Source of the DNA: Candidatus Thorarchaeota archaeon
Lineage (GTDB): Archaea > Asgardarchaeota > Thorarchaeia > Thorarchaeales > Thorarchaeaceae
Assembly (NCBI GenBank): GCA_011364985.1
Contig: RDOC01000001.1
Location: 64,001-128,000 of the forward strand
DNA: 64,000 nucleotides
Direction of reading: 5' to 3'
Position 1 is the stretch's first letter; every line of letters starts with the position of its first letter. Shown here piece after piece: positions 22,188-31,165 of this stretch. The position numbers were made by a program, and so were the translations under genes. The notes below the pieces were generated by a model. That model was not told the origin of the DNA, did no database searches, and saw only the letters and a list, made by a program, of their open reading frames with translations.

Positions 22188-22589
22188 ATGACTAAGTTGG
22201 ATGAAATCGCAAAAACGCTCGATGAGATTGGAATCATCTATTCACATGAAAAGAGTGGGCTCTTGATGGTATGGGATACTGAGCGATTTGACGACCTCAA
22301 GATTCTGATTCTCACTAGTCCTGATGAGAATTGGTTGTTCATCACGGCGCTGTTCACCAGTTTCAGCAATATTCCAGACGAGCAGAGATGTCAGCTGATG
22401 CATGATATGCTGACTGCATCATGGAAGGTAAATGGAGTGAAGTTTGTCATAACAGCTGACGACTATCTAGCCGTCACTGCCGAAACAAATGACACTGATC
22501 TCACTGGAGACGAACTCAAAACACTAATTGATAACACTGTTGGAGCTTGCGACGTCCTAGCAGGATTCTGTCCGGGATACGGTGTCTAA
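22188..22589 (+). CDS. YbjN-like (secretion-chaperone fold) protein
   Basis: About 133 aa acidic alpha/beta pattern (L..A.W...GVKF.I..D..L....E......L...EL). Confidence 0.6.
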   Translation: MTKLDEIAKTLDEIGIIYSHEKSGLLMVWDTERFDDLKILILTSPDENWLFITALFTSFSNIPDEQRCQLMHDMLTASWKVNGVKFVITADDYLAVTAETNDTDLTGDELKTLIDNTVGACDVLAGFCPGYGV

Positions 22590-22640
22590 TCACCATGAGC
22601 ACGGTTCCATAAGCACTGGGCGCACTTCTTTCTTTCAAAA

Positions 22641-23204
22641 TCAGAATTCAAACCCTCTTCTGGCAAGCACGTCTTTCTCTTCAAAGTAATGCTTGACTTC
22701 TTTCATCTCAGTGACTAGATCTGCCTTCTCAATGACCTCTGGACGAGCGTAACGACCAGTCATAATCAGCTCAACATTCTTCGGCTTTAGCTCAATTAGC
22801 TCCAATTGGGCATCTAAAGAGATGAGATTCCATTCGACAGCAACATTGAGCTCGTCTAGGATTAATACATCATACTGACCACTCTCTAACGCATCTCTTG
22901 CCTTGGATAAGCCATCCTGAGCCATTTCTATGTCAATCGGATCTGGATTATTTTTGTCTACGAAGGTTTCTCGTCCAACGGGAAGAATTGAGAAGTTGGG
23001 AATACTACTCACACTCTTGAACTCGCCGTAATTAATGCTTGACTCGCCAGACCGAGTGGCCACTCTTGCCTTCATGAAGCAAATCATCAAGACTTTGAAT
23101 CCATGTCCGGCAGCCCGCAACCCAGCGCCTAGTGCACAGGTGGTCTTCCCCTTGCCATTTCCTGTGTATATCTGGACCAGTCCAGGGCCAGAATAGTCGA
23201 TCAT
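22641..23204 (-). CDS. cobA: Cob(I)alamin/cob(I)yrinate adenosyltransferase (CobA/CobO/BtuR)
   Basis: GLVQIYTGNGKGKTT, YDVLILDEL, LIMTGR, ADLVTEM..VKHY and RGFEF. Confidence 0.95.
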   Translation of the reverse strand: MIDYSGPGLVQIYTGNGKGKTTCALGAGLRAAGHGFKVLMICFMKARVATRSGESSINYGEFKSVSSIPNFSILPVGRETFVDKNNPDPIDIEMAQDGLSKARDALESGQYDVLILDELNVAVEWNLISLDAQLELIELKPKNVELIMTGRYARPEVIEKADLVTEMKEVKHYFEEKDVLARRGFEF

Positions 23205-23845
23205 TTCTGCGCCTCAGCTCCTATTTTCTTGACAAGCTCTGCAATTCGACGACCCAATATCCTACTGGCCTCAATTGCCAATTGGTCATCTCTAGCTTGA
23301 CGCCAATTGCCTTCATCAGTTTGCATACTCCCTGAACCAAAGGTGCCATGCATGACGGGACTACCCACAGACCCTACAACAATCATACCTTGACCCAAGG
23401 CATATCTGTTGAGCATATCAACAACATGCTCTTGTCCGCCGTATCTTAGTCCAGCATAGGTAATTACACCAAAGAGCTTGTCCTTCAATTGATGGTCAAG
23501 CATTTTGACTGTGCGCGTTCGATCAAGAAAGTCCTTCAAGATGCCAGGAACTGATGTGAAGTATGAAGGTGCTGCAATGATTATCGCATTGGCTTGGAGA
23601 AGGGCCATCTCTAACTCGGGCATATCATCGTGAGAGCTTTCGGGGCAGGGGTGCTTTCTCACGCATGCATCACAGCCCGTACAGCGCCGTATCTCATAAT
23701 TGCTGAGCTCCAAAAGCATTACCGAGTTTTCGGTTTCCTTTCCATCAGATAGGACTTCTGATGCTGCATTGAGAGCCTCCTGGAGGAGGAATTTGCAGTT
23801 TGACTTCTCTTTCTTTGGCGAACCGCTGATACCAACAATTAGCAT
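23201..23845 (-). CDS. Iron-sulfur flavoprotein / multimeric flavodoxin family
   Basis: GISGSP, CTGCDACVRKHPC (CX2CX2CX5C), APSYF, K.FLDR and GGQE. Confidence 0.9.
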   Translation of the reverse strand: MLIVGISGSPKKEKSNCKFLLQEALNAASEVLSDGKETENSVMLLELSNYEIRRCTGCDACVRKHPCPESSHDDMPELEMALLQANAIIIAAPSYFTSVPGILKDFLDRTRTVKMLDHQLKDKLFGVITYAGLRYGGQEHVVDMLNRYALGQGMIVVGSVGSPVMHGTFGSGSMQTDEGNWRQARDDQLAIEASRILGRRIAELVKKIGAEAQK

Positions 23846-23889
23846 TGATTTTCACTGCAATCTGATGTATCTGCTCCCGGATTTAGAGG

Positions 23890-24633
23890 TTATGACACCT
23901 TGACCAAAGTAGACACTTCGTGTGCAATTTCATCCACTGCCTTCACCGCAGGAAATCTCCCTGTATCAGGATAAGAAGCGGCGACGATGCATAGAGACTG
24001 AACGCGAAGCAGCTGTACCTCATGGCCCTGAATTTCGATAGAGGTGGGGACAAGGTCTCTTGATGGAGCAATTGCATCATCTGAAAGCTCGTTCTTAATG
24101 GAGAGGACATGGTTTTCAGGAATGTTGCCAACAAGCATGCTACCCCTCGCATCTATGATACCCGCATAGGCAACATCGTGTCTTTCAAGTACGGAATCAA
24201 TGAGCTCGGCGAATATCTTCAATTCCTTCTTGGAAGGCGCACCCAAGTCCCAATTCACATACCTATCGACAAGCGCATTAATGTCTTCGAAATCGCTAAT
24301 GCTGCCGCTCCATGAATTGATGATATCTCCATAAGAGCTGGATATTTCCTTGCCTAGAGAAAGGAACATCTTCTTAGTAGTCGAAAAGTTGTCTTCTGCT
24401 TTCCCAAGAAAGACAAAGACGAAGGCATCGAAAAATAGGAAACCCCAGAGCAAGCCATCTTGTTCAAGAGTATAGATTCTGTCTCGAGAGGTGCTCGAAC
24501 TGGATTGATAAAGTGTAGCACAGGCCTTGACATGTGCGGGAATGGCACTTATTCTGGTAGGGGGAGAGGTTTCGTAGGACCTTCCGTAGACAGTATCGCC
24601 ATTGCTTTTCACAAGATGAATCTGAAGAATCAT
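23890..24633 (-). CDS. Longin-like + Roadblock/profilin-like two-domain protein
   Basis: N-half MILQIHLVKSNGDTVYGRSY...FVFVF...SYGDIINSWSGSISDFEDINALVD (longin pattern); C-half helix-VAYAGIIDARGSMLVGNIP...three strands, closing helix (roadblock pattern). Confidence 0.68.
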   Translation of the reverse strand: MILQIHLVKSNGDTVYGRSYETSPPTRISAIPAHVKACATLYQSSSSTSRDRIYTLEQDGLLWGFLFFDAFVFVFLGKAEDNFSTTKKMFLSLGKEISSSYGDIINSWSGSISDFEDINALVDRYVNWDLGAPSKKELKIFAELIDSVLERHDVAYAGIIDARGSMLVGNIPENHVLSIKNELSDDAIAPSRDLVPTSIEIQGHEVQLLRVQSLCIVAASYPDTGRFPAVKAVDEIAHEVSTLVKVS

Positions 24634-24780
24634 TTTCTCTACCCGACATGCAGTGGAATAAAGGCGCTAGGCCCAAGTCATAAGCCTTACTTGTAGATAA
24701 TCCGAGGGAAAATCAATGATTTCCTGACATAGGCAAATGAACTTTTATGAGAGAATAGGTATTCAAAACTCAAGGTGCGG

Positions 24781-25093
24781 CATGGTGTCAAAGAAGAAGA
24801 AAATTGAACGAATTAAACGTACTCGTTACGATATTTTTGCAGAGATCATTCGTGTCATCTACATATACGGATACTGTCCACTCACCAGAGCCGCCCGTTC
24901 CACAAACATGCCTGTAGATAGGGCGAAGGAAACCATCGCGGAACTCTGTGAGAGGGGTCTTCTGGAGGAAGACGATGAAGATGGTCAGAGAGTGTATAGT
25001 GTGACTGTCAGGGGTCACCAGTATTTGGAACTCTACAAAAGAATGGCAGGGCTTGTAGGTATTCCAATACCCGAACCAATCATAGGGATGTGA
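24781..25093 (+). CDS. Small winged-helix DNA-binding protein (archaeal HTH_45-like)
   Basis: KRTRYDIFAEII...LTRAARSTNM...L.ERGLL...YSVTVRG..YLELY; start is either 24737 or about 24782. Confidence 0.85.
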
Positions 25094-25128
25094 CTACCGA
25101 TGACCCATATCCACGATGCATACCTAAG

Positions 25129-25169
25129 GTCACATCTTGTGACTACATATCGTGACTCCGCTTTAAATA
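25129..25169 (+). promoter_or_regulatory. Candidate operator (GTCACA-N3-TGTGAC plus a further GTGAC half-site) next to a TATA box TTTAAATA
   Basis: Palindrome at 25129-25143, half-site at 25152-56, TATA at 25162-69, SD AAGGTGAG before the ATG at 25220. Confidence 0.55.
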
Positions 25170-25219
25170 TGGAATTTGAGAATTCTAACATGGAAGTAGA
25201 CAATTAAGGTGAGTAAGAA

Positions 25220-26458
25220 ATGGCAGAATCTCACAAATTCAAGAACCAGGAAATAGTTGAAGTAGGCACAATTGAAGGAGACCTTGTTCTCAATAGATGC
25301 AGATCGATTGTTCCTAAGGAAGGAAACGAAATAGTTGTAACCCGTCAGGTTGAGGTCAAGGGTGACACAGTTTTTGAAGGGTCATTGAGGGCCCAGTCGC
25401 TCTCGGCAAATGGCAATTCTATAAGAATTAGAGGAAACCTAAGTGTAGAGTCCCTTGCTGAAAATCGCAGAGGTGGTCTCACAGTCGAAGGAAATGCAAA
25501 AGGCCAAGGATTTAGAGCAGGAAGCACACTCAGCATTGGAGAGAACTTGGAGTGCAGCTCTGCAAGTGGAGGTGCTTCCGTTAGAGTGGGAGGAAATGCC
25601 AAGGTGCTTAAAATGAGTGGCGGTGGCTCTGTAAAGGTGGAGGGCGACGCCGAGATTGATAGAGTTTCCGGAGGAGGGTCGGTCAAGATTGAAGGAAAAT
25701 GCGATATTGGAGAGTTAAGCGCCGGCGGATCCGGAAAGATAACCAAGGGGAAAATTGGGAAGATCAGTGTTGGCGGCAGCTTCAAATCAGAGGACGCAGT
25801 CGAAGCAGAAGAGATTAACGTAGGCGGCTCTGTTGCTCTTGGAGCAGGTTCCAAGATAGGGTCCATTGATGTGGGAGGCACACTTCGCACCGAGGGGGAC
25901 TTGACTTTCGACGACATAGACGTTGGCGGGAAGGTTGACATAGATGGAGCAGCTCATGGTGCCACTGTCGATGTTGGAGGGAAATTCATTACCAGCGGCC
26001 CACTAACATTGACTGGGGATCTTGAAGTTGGTGGTAAGATTGACATCGGCGGTAATCTGAAATGCGACAGGAAAATCAAGGTCGGCGGTACTGCTACCGT
26101 TAATGGTCGGATTGACACTTTCCGCATCATTGTTGGTGCGCAGATTGATGCAGATTATGTTAGGGCTGAGGATGGATTCAGACTAGGACGCAGGGCAGAA
26201 GTCACCTGCAACGTAGAATCCCCCGAGATTCTCATCAGAGAGAGAGCTCGCACAAGATCGCTCTACGGTGATGATATCAGAATAGAAGAAAGGGCGAGAG
26301 TAGGAAGTGTCTACGGACGCAAGGTCTACATTGAGCGAGAGGCTATTATCGAAGGTGAGATTCTCTATACCGAATCACTTGATGCAGAAAGCGATGTCCG
26401 CTTCAGAGAGGAACCAAGAAAAGTGGATTCGTTGCCACCGCCAGAACAAATGCAATAG
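25220..26458 (+). CDS. Long bactofilin-like (polymer-forming) beta-helix protein
   Basis: Many ~17-aa repeats I.VGG.V.I.G...; no signal peptide or TM; C-terminal VYIEREAIIEGEILYTESL resembles YhbE/YhbF-type bactofilins. Confidence 0.75.
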   Translation: MAESHKFKNQEIVEVGTIEGDLVLNRCRSIVPKEGNEIVVTRQVEVKGDTVFEGSLRAQSLSANGNSIRIRGNLSVESLAENRRGGLTVEGNAKGQGFRAGSTLSIGENLECSSASGGASVRVGGNAKVLKMSGGGSVKVEGDAEIDRVSGGGSVKIEGKCDIGELSAGGSGKITKGKIGKISVGGSFKSEDAVEAEEINVGGSVALGAGSKIGSIDVGGTLRTEGDLTFDDIDVGGKVDIDGAAHGATVDVGGKFITSGPLTLTGDLEVGGKIDIGGNLKCDRKIKVGGTATVNGRIDTFRIIVGAQIDADYVRAEDGFRLGRRAEVTCNVESPEILIRERARTRSLYGDDIRIEERARVGSVYGRKVYIEREAIIEGEILYTESLDAESDVRFREEPRKVDSLPPPEQMQ

Positions 26459-26530
26459 TTGGCTATTGTCTATCCAAAGTAGATTGACACCGCCTTTCTT
26501 GTAGCTACTCTTCAGGCGCGTTCACTGAAG

Positions 26531-28270
26531 CTAAAGGGAGATTGCAGTGGCATCAAGAATGGACTTCCGTTCAAAAGGAAGCCTATAGCGTTCTGGCACA
26601 GAGTAGTTGCAAAATGAGTGAGAGTACCAAGAATTCATCAAAGGTTCCAGTTCCTTTTCCATTCGATTCCAATCAGACTCATCCAAAACTGGATGAATAG
26701 TGCTCACGTGACCATAGGGCGTTGTTAATACCTTCCCTTTCTGTGCCACCTTTTGACCACCCAGATAGGTCTGATAAGTTCTTTCAAAAAGGCGGATAAT
26801 TCGATTTGGCTTCTTGGATAGGTCAGTATCTTCTGTCTTTGAATCAAGAATAGCTATGTCAGCATCAGCACCAATTCCTAGATGACCTTTCATGCTAAAT
26901 CCTAGAATCCTTGCGGGTGCAGCACGTGTTGTTATTGCAACCTCATAGAGATCCCACTCGCGATCTAGCTCGGAAATGATAGATCTCTCAAGGACAAGAG
27001 GATGAAGCCGCCTTATCCATGCCTCTCGTTGTTTCTTGCTCATGAGCCAAGATATCACAAGAGGGTATTTGCTGAATGGCCCTCCATTGGGACTATCAGT
27101 AGATATGGCGCACCGCCAGAGGTCATCTATACTCAGAGCAAACTCCAATGCGATGGCCCACTGAACCGAGTTGGCAGGAGAACTTGGCCGATACTCATAG
27201 GGGACTATCCCTCCTCCGCCCGGTAATTCCACATCGACCGTTGAACTGGCCCACTTTCCTCGTGTCATCTTGTAGAGACTGAATTGGAAGGGTCCATCAG
27301 CAGTCATTGTCATTGCTGGACCCATTGTAATTTGACCCAGGTCGACAGTGAAATGCTCATTCTTGTTGTAGTATTCAGCCAGCTGGCATCCTCCAGATTG
27401 TACATCGTTCCATACTGGGCTTCCATTGTCAACCATGCCCAAGCTCTCGAAAGACATGTGAGGCAAATGCACAATCTGTTTCCGACCTGCGTGACCCCTA
27501 ATGTCCCTCAAAGCCTCTAGCTGGACCAGGGTTGTTTCTATATTTCCAACACAACCCAAGTTGTTGGGATGAAGATGGAGAGTATGAGGAAGCCCTAACA
27601 ACTCAACGGCTTTGCATAGCATTCGTGTGATTTCCCGCGGTGTGATTTCCCAATCGGGAACCTCCATATCAAGCGTTCGAATGTTTCTTCGATGAGCCCA
27701 TGCGTATGTTCCTCCTGGATTTACCGCTTTAACTCCAAAACCACCCACAGCTCTAAGCACCCAGGCCAAGTATCCTGCAAGACCATTTAGATCGTCGTCG
27801 CGTACATAATGGAACGTCAGCATGGAGTTGCCAAACATGGGCATAAGTCCGGTATTAAGGTTGGAGAGGTTTGATAGCTCTTCCCAGCATGCCAGAGCTT
27901 TGAGAGCTTGCATAGCTGGCTCAATCACAGTGGTATATCCCATTGACGAGTATCTATAACCAATCACATATGAGGAAGGAACTGTATAACCAACTCCAGA
28001 GCGCGTCGACTTCGTTCTCGGAACTGGATCAAGACGATGGTAATCAGGCGAGATTGCACGAGCCAATGACATCTTGCTTCCTACGATGTGAGAATGAAGG
28101 TCGACTCCTCCTGGAAGTACTATTCGACCCTTCAGATCAATAGACTTGGCGCCTGCGCCTTCCTTTTCAACAATCCTGCCGTCAGATATGCAAAGATCCA
28201 TTTTCTCTCCGTTGATTCCATTGGCTGGATCAAAGACAAGTCCGTTTCTGAGAACGATTCCATCACTCAT
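26531..28270 (-). CDS. fwdA: Formylmethanofuran dehydrogenase subunit A
   Basis: VFDPANGINGE, GGVDLHSHI, GYRYS.MGYTT, GVKAVNPGG, HLHPNNLG, STDSPNGGPF. Confidence 0.95.
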   Translation of the reverse strand: MSDGIVLRNGLVFDPANGINGEKMDLCISDGRIVEKEGAGAKSIDLKGRIVLPGGVDLHSHIVGSKMSLARAISPDYHRLDPVPRTKSTRSGVGYTVPSSYVIGYRYSSMGYTTVIEPAMQALKALACWEELSNLSNLNTGLMPMFGNSMLTFHYVRDDDLNGLAGYLAWVLRAVGGFGVKAVNPGGTYAWAHRRNIRTLDMEVPDWEITPREITRMLCKAVELLGLPHTLHLHPNNLGCVGNIETTLVQLEALRDIRGHAGRKQIVHLPHMSFESLGMVDNGSPVWNDVQSGGCQLAEYYNKNEHFTVDLGQITMGPAMTMTADGPFQFSLYKMTRGKWASSTVDVELPGGGGIVPYEYRPSSPANSVQWAIALEFALSIDDLWRCAISTDSPNGGPFSKYPLVISWLMSKKQREAWIRRLHPLVLERSIISELDREWDLYEVAITTRAAPARILGFSMKGHLGIGADADIAILDSKTEDTDLSKKPNRIIRLFERTYQTYLGGQKVAQKGKVLTTPYGHVSTIHPVLDESDWNRMEKELEPLMNSWYSHSFCNYSVPERYRLPFERKSILDATAISL

Positions 28271-29610
28271 CTTTTGGTCACCATGCGAAGCCGCGCAATT
28301 ATCAGTTTCAAGACATCCCTATCAGGAATTATTCCTTCAGGAGGTTCGACAATTTTCCGAAGATATAGAGGAAGGCCATCCATTCTAACTGCAGCGCCGT
28401 CGCACTCAATCCCGGCAATTGCGGTGGGAATGTTGACCTCAGCGATTAATGAAGTGACATTCCTCTTTGGATCCAAGTTGATTATAGGAATCCGCTTCAA
28501 ATGTTCAAGAGCATCTCGTGGAAAGTGAGCGACGGGGTCCGCGGCTACATTGAGGAGAACATCGGTCTCTCTCCGACGAATGAGATCAACGGCAGAATAT
28601 TCACCAGGTTGATATCGAGGGTAGCCTCTGGAATAGTCCACAGCAAAAGGGTAGCCAGTCTGCCATGTTGAAGTCTCATTGGCACCTGCAACATTGAAAT
28701 GCCCACGCATTGGAATCATAACCCACTTGGTGAAAGAGTTCAAGTCTTGAATCAGGCGTATTGCGGCATCCACGTTTCTATGCTGCCCCTTGGATTGTGT
28801 AAGACCTAGTCCATAGAAGAAAACGCCATAGCGTACCGATTTCATTGCTTCAGAGATCTTCGCCAAATCTTCTATTGCCAATCCTCCAACACGATCAATA
28901 TCCATTTCGTGGCCACGGACAAGTGCTCGAATAACACTGATTACCTCTAAATCTGTGCCGGGCTCAATCTGAAAGAACTCATCTGCAATTCGCGATGTGG
29001 CAGTGCTTCTCACGTCGAAGACCCATATCTTGCGGTCCTTCTTAGGATTCTGCATGTATTCGCCCGGTTGTCGGATGTATCTGCTGATATGGCGAGGATG
29101 TGCAAATTGTGGATTCGATCCCCAATACACAACCAAGTCTGCACGATGTCTAACTTCCGCAAGAGATCCCAGTGGATCTCCAGACTCTTGCGAACCAATC
29201 ATAGAAGTGCCGTGGCAGACGGACGAGGTATTATCCACAACACCGCCAAGTAGTTCGGCAAGATAATAGGCTTCTTGATGGGTATCATTCTCAGTCGAAC
29301 TCAACCCATAGATCAATGGGCGCCTTGCTGAAGTGAGAGCTTCAGCAGCATGTGCTACTGCCTTCTCAAGGGATACTTCTACCAGAATCCCATTAATCCT
29401 AACAGCTGGACCAAGAAGCCTGTCTTCTAAATGATTCAGGAATTTCGACTTGCTCAAGGAACACCCATTGATATTCTTCACTATTCTGTTATTCTCTACT
29501 TCAAGTGCTATATCATCGCACAAGCAGCCACAAAAAACACAAGGCACATTTTTAACAGTCTTTTTGGAAGAGATGCTAAATCCCTCCCTCGGATAGATGC
29601 AGCAAATCAT
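28267..29610 (-). CDS. fwdB: Formylmethanofuran dehydrogenase subunit B
   Basis: CVFCGCLCDD, DNTSSVCHG (Cys ligand), WGSNP..AHPRH, MRGHFNV, WQTGYPFAVD; start uncertain. Confidence 0.95.
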   Translation of the reverse strand: MICCIYPREGFSISSKKTVKNVPCVFCGCLCDDIALEVENNRIVKNINGCSLSKSKFLNHLEDRLLGPAVRINGILVEVSLEKAVAHAAEALTSARRPLIYGLSSTENDTHQEAYYLAELLGGVVDNTSSVCHGTSMIGSQESGDPLGSLAEVRHRADLVVYWGSNPQFAHPRHISRYIRQPGEYMQNPKKDRKIWVFDVRSTATSRIADEFFQIEPGTDLEVISVIRALVRGHEMDIDRVGGLAIEDLAKISEAMKSVRYGVFFYGLGLTQSKGQHRNVDAAIRLIQDLNSFTKWVMIPMRGHFNVAGANETSTWQTGYPFAVDYSRGYPRYQPGEYSAVDLIRRRETDVLLNVAADPVAHFPRDALEHLKRIPIINLDPKRNVTSLIAEVNIPTAIAGIECDGAAVRMDGLPLYLRKIVEPPEGIIPDRDVLKLIIARLRMVTKR

Positions 29611-29977
29611 CAATAGTCCTTACAGATGTATCTGGGGCGGGAAAGAGGATAACTGGAACGCCTTTGTAACTGGGCATTCCGCATCCATGTGTTTCCGAGC
29701 CGAGAATTGTATTGGCATGAGGACCCCACGGCATGAACACAACTCCAGGACGAGCATTTTGGTCCAACTTGGACCTCACGACCACATCTCCGAGAAGAGT
29801 CTCTAATCGTACAGCATCTCCTTCGTGAATTCCGAGGACTTCCATTGTGTTGGCATCCATTTCACATACTGCGACCGAGCTCAGATAGTCTTCACTGAGT
29901 TTGCCCAGTTCACTTGTCCTTCCCTGCTGAAGGGTTCGTCCTGAGATAAGAACCGCCTTAACGCCAACCTTCTTCAT
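29576..29977 (-). CDS. fwdD: Formylmethanofuran dehydrogenase subunit D
   Basis: LISGRTLQQG and VFMPWGPHAN...GMPSYKG. Confidence 0.92.
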   Translation of the reverse strand: MKKVGVKAVLISGRTLQQGRTSELGKLSEDYLSSVAVCEMDANTMEVLGIHEGDAVRLETLLGDVVVRSKLDQNARPGVVFMPWGPHANTILGSETHGCGMPSYKGVPVILFPAPDTSVRTIDDLLHLSEGGI

Positions 29978-30196
29978 GCCGTGCCACTTCGTAACGTGAA
30001 CAGAATAGAGGTCTAAGGATGATTTGAGTTTCGTGGTTGTGGAGAATTCGGATGTTCACAGGAAGGAAGATGGATAAGATACAATACAAGCCATTTTAGC
30101 AAGGATACTCGATATCGTTGCTAGTTCGAAGCCTTTATCAGAATCGGGAAGCGGATGCGCCTCAGAAGCCTCAATCAAGAATGGAAGATGTGGACA

Positions 30197-31165
30197 ATGT
30201 CGGCAAAGAAAAAAACTCTAGTTGACCTCTATACACAGACAATCAAAATACGAAAATTCGAGGAGAAAGTTTGGGAGCTGTTTGGCCAAAACCTTGTACC
30301 AGGTACACTTCACCTCTACCTCGGTCAGGAAGCTGTTGCAGCTGGAGTGACTGCAGCATTGAAGAAGACCGATTGGATTCAGAGCACTCACAGAGGGCAT
30401 GGACACGTTATCGGCAAAGGCGCTGACATGAATTCAGCACTTGCTGAACTTTTAGGAAAGAAGACCGGCTCCTGCAAGGGAAAAGGAGGAAGTATGCACA
30501 TCACACAGTTTGACGTTGGTGTACTGGGTGCAACTGGAGTAGTTGCATCTGGGTTGCCAATTGCAGTAGGTGCCGCGTTGTCAGCAAAAATGAGAGGTAC
30601 TGATGAAGTAGTGGTCTGTTTCTTTGGAGATGGAGCATCGAACAACGGCACCTTCGGAGAGTCGCTGAATATGGCTGCAATTTGGAACCTTCCAGTAATC
30701 TGGGTAATTGAGAATAACCTGTATGCTATGGGAACCCCGATTCAACTTACATGTCCAAGTCAGAATATTGCCGACCGTGGGGCAGGATACTGTACCCCAT
30801 CAGTCGTTGTAGATGGGAATAATGCATTGGAAGTGTATGAGGCTTCTGTTGAAGCCGTTAAAAGAGCTAGAGAAGGCAAAGGTCCAAGTCTCATTGAATG
30901 CAAGACATATAGAATGAGGGGGCATTCACGTTTTGACCAAGCAAAATACAGACCGAAGGAAGAGGCCGAACATTGGTTGAATAAGGATGCTGTAGAGATT
31001 ATCAAGAAGATTGCCATCGAACAAGGCGCGCTCACAGAAAAAGAAGCTGAAAATATAGCTAAGAATCTGCAGAAAGATGTAGATAAGGCTGCAGAATTTG
31101 CCATAAAGTCGGAACTCCCAGAACCGGAAGATGCTCTGGACGATGTTTTTGCGGAGGTGGCCTAA
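30197..31165 (+). CDS. 2-oxoacid/acetoin dehydrogenase E1 alpha subunit
   Basis: HLYLGQEA, STHRGHGH, GKGGSMH, TPP motif GDGA...ENN, TYRMRGHS. Confidence 0.95.
   Translation: MSAKKKTLVDLYTQTIKIRKFEEKVWELFGQNLVPGTLHLYLGQEAVAAGVTAALKKTDWIQSTHRGHGHVIGKGADMNSALAELLGKKTGSCKGKGGSMHITQFDVGVLGATGVVASGLPIAVGAALSAKMRGTDEVVVCFFGDGASNNGTFGESLNMAAIWNLPVIWVIENNLYAMGTPIQLTCPSQNIADRGAGYCTPSVVVDGNNALEVYEASVEAVKRAREGKGPSLIECKTYRMRGHSRFDQAKYRPKEEAEHWLNKDAVEIIKKIAIEQGALTEKEAENIAKNLQKDVDKAAEFAIKSELPEPEDALDDVFAEVA

Noticed and set aside
25220-26458. The Gly-rich beta-helix as the missing FwdC
   Set aside because: It is on the opposite strand, lacks FwdC/GltB-type G..M.GG.I repeats, and fits bactofilin-like repeats better.
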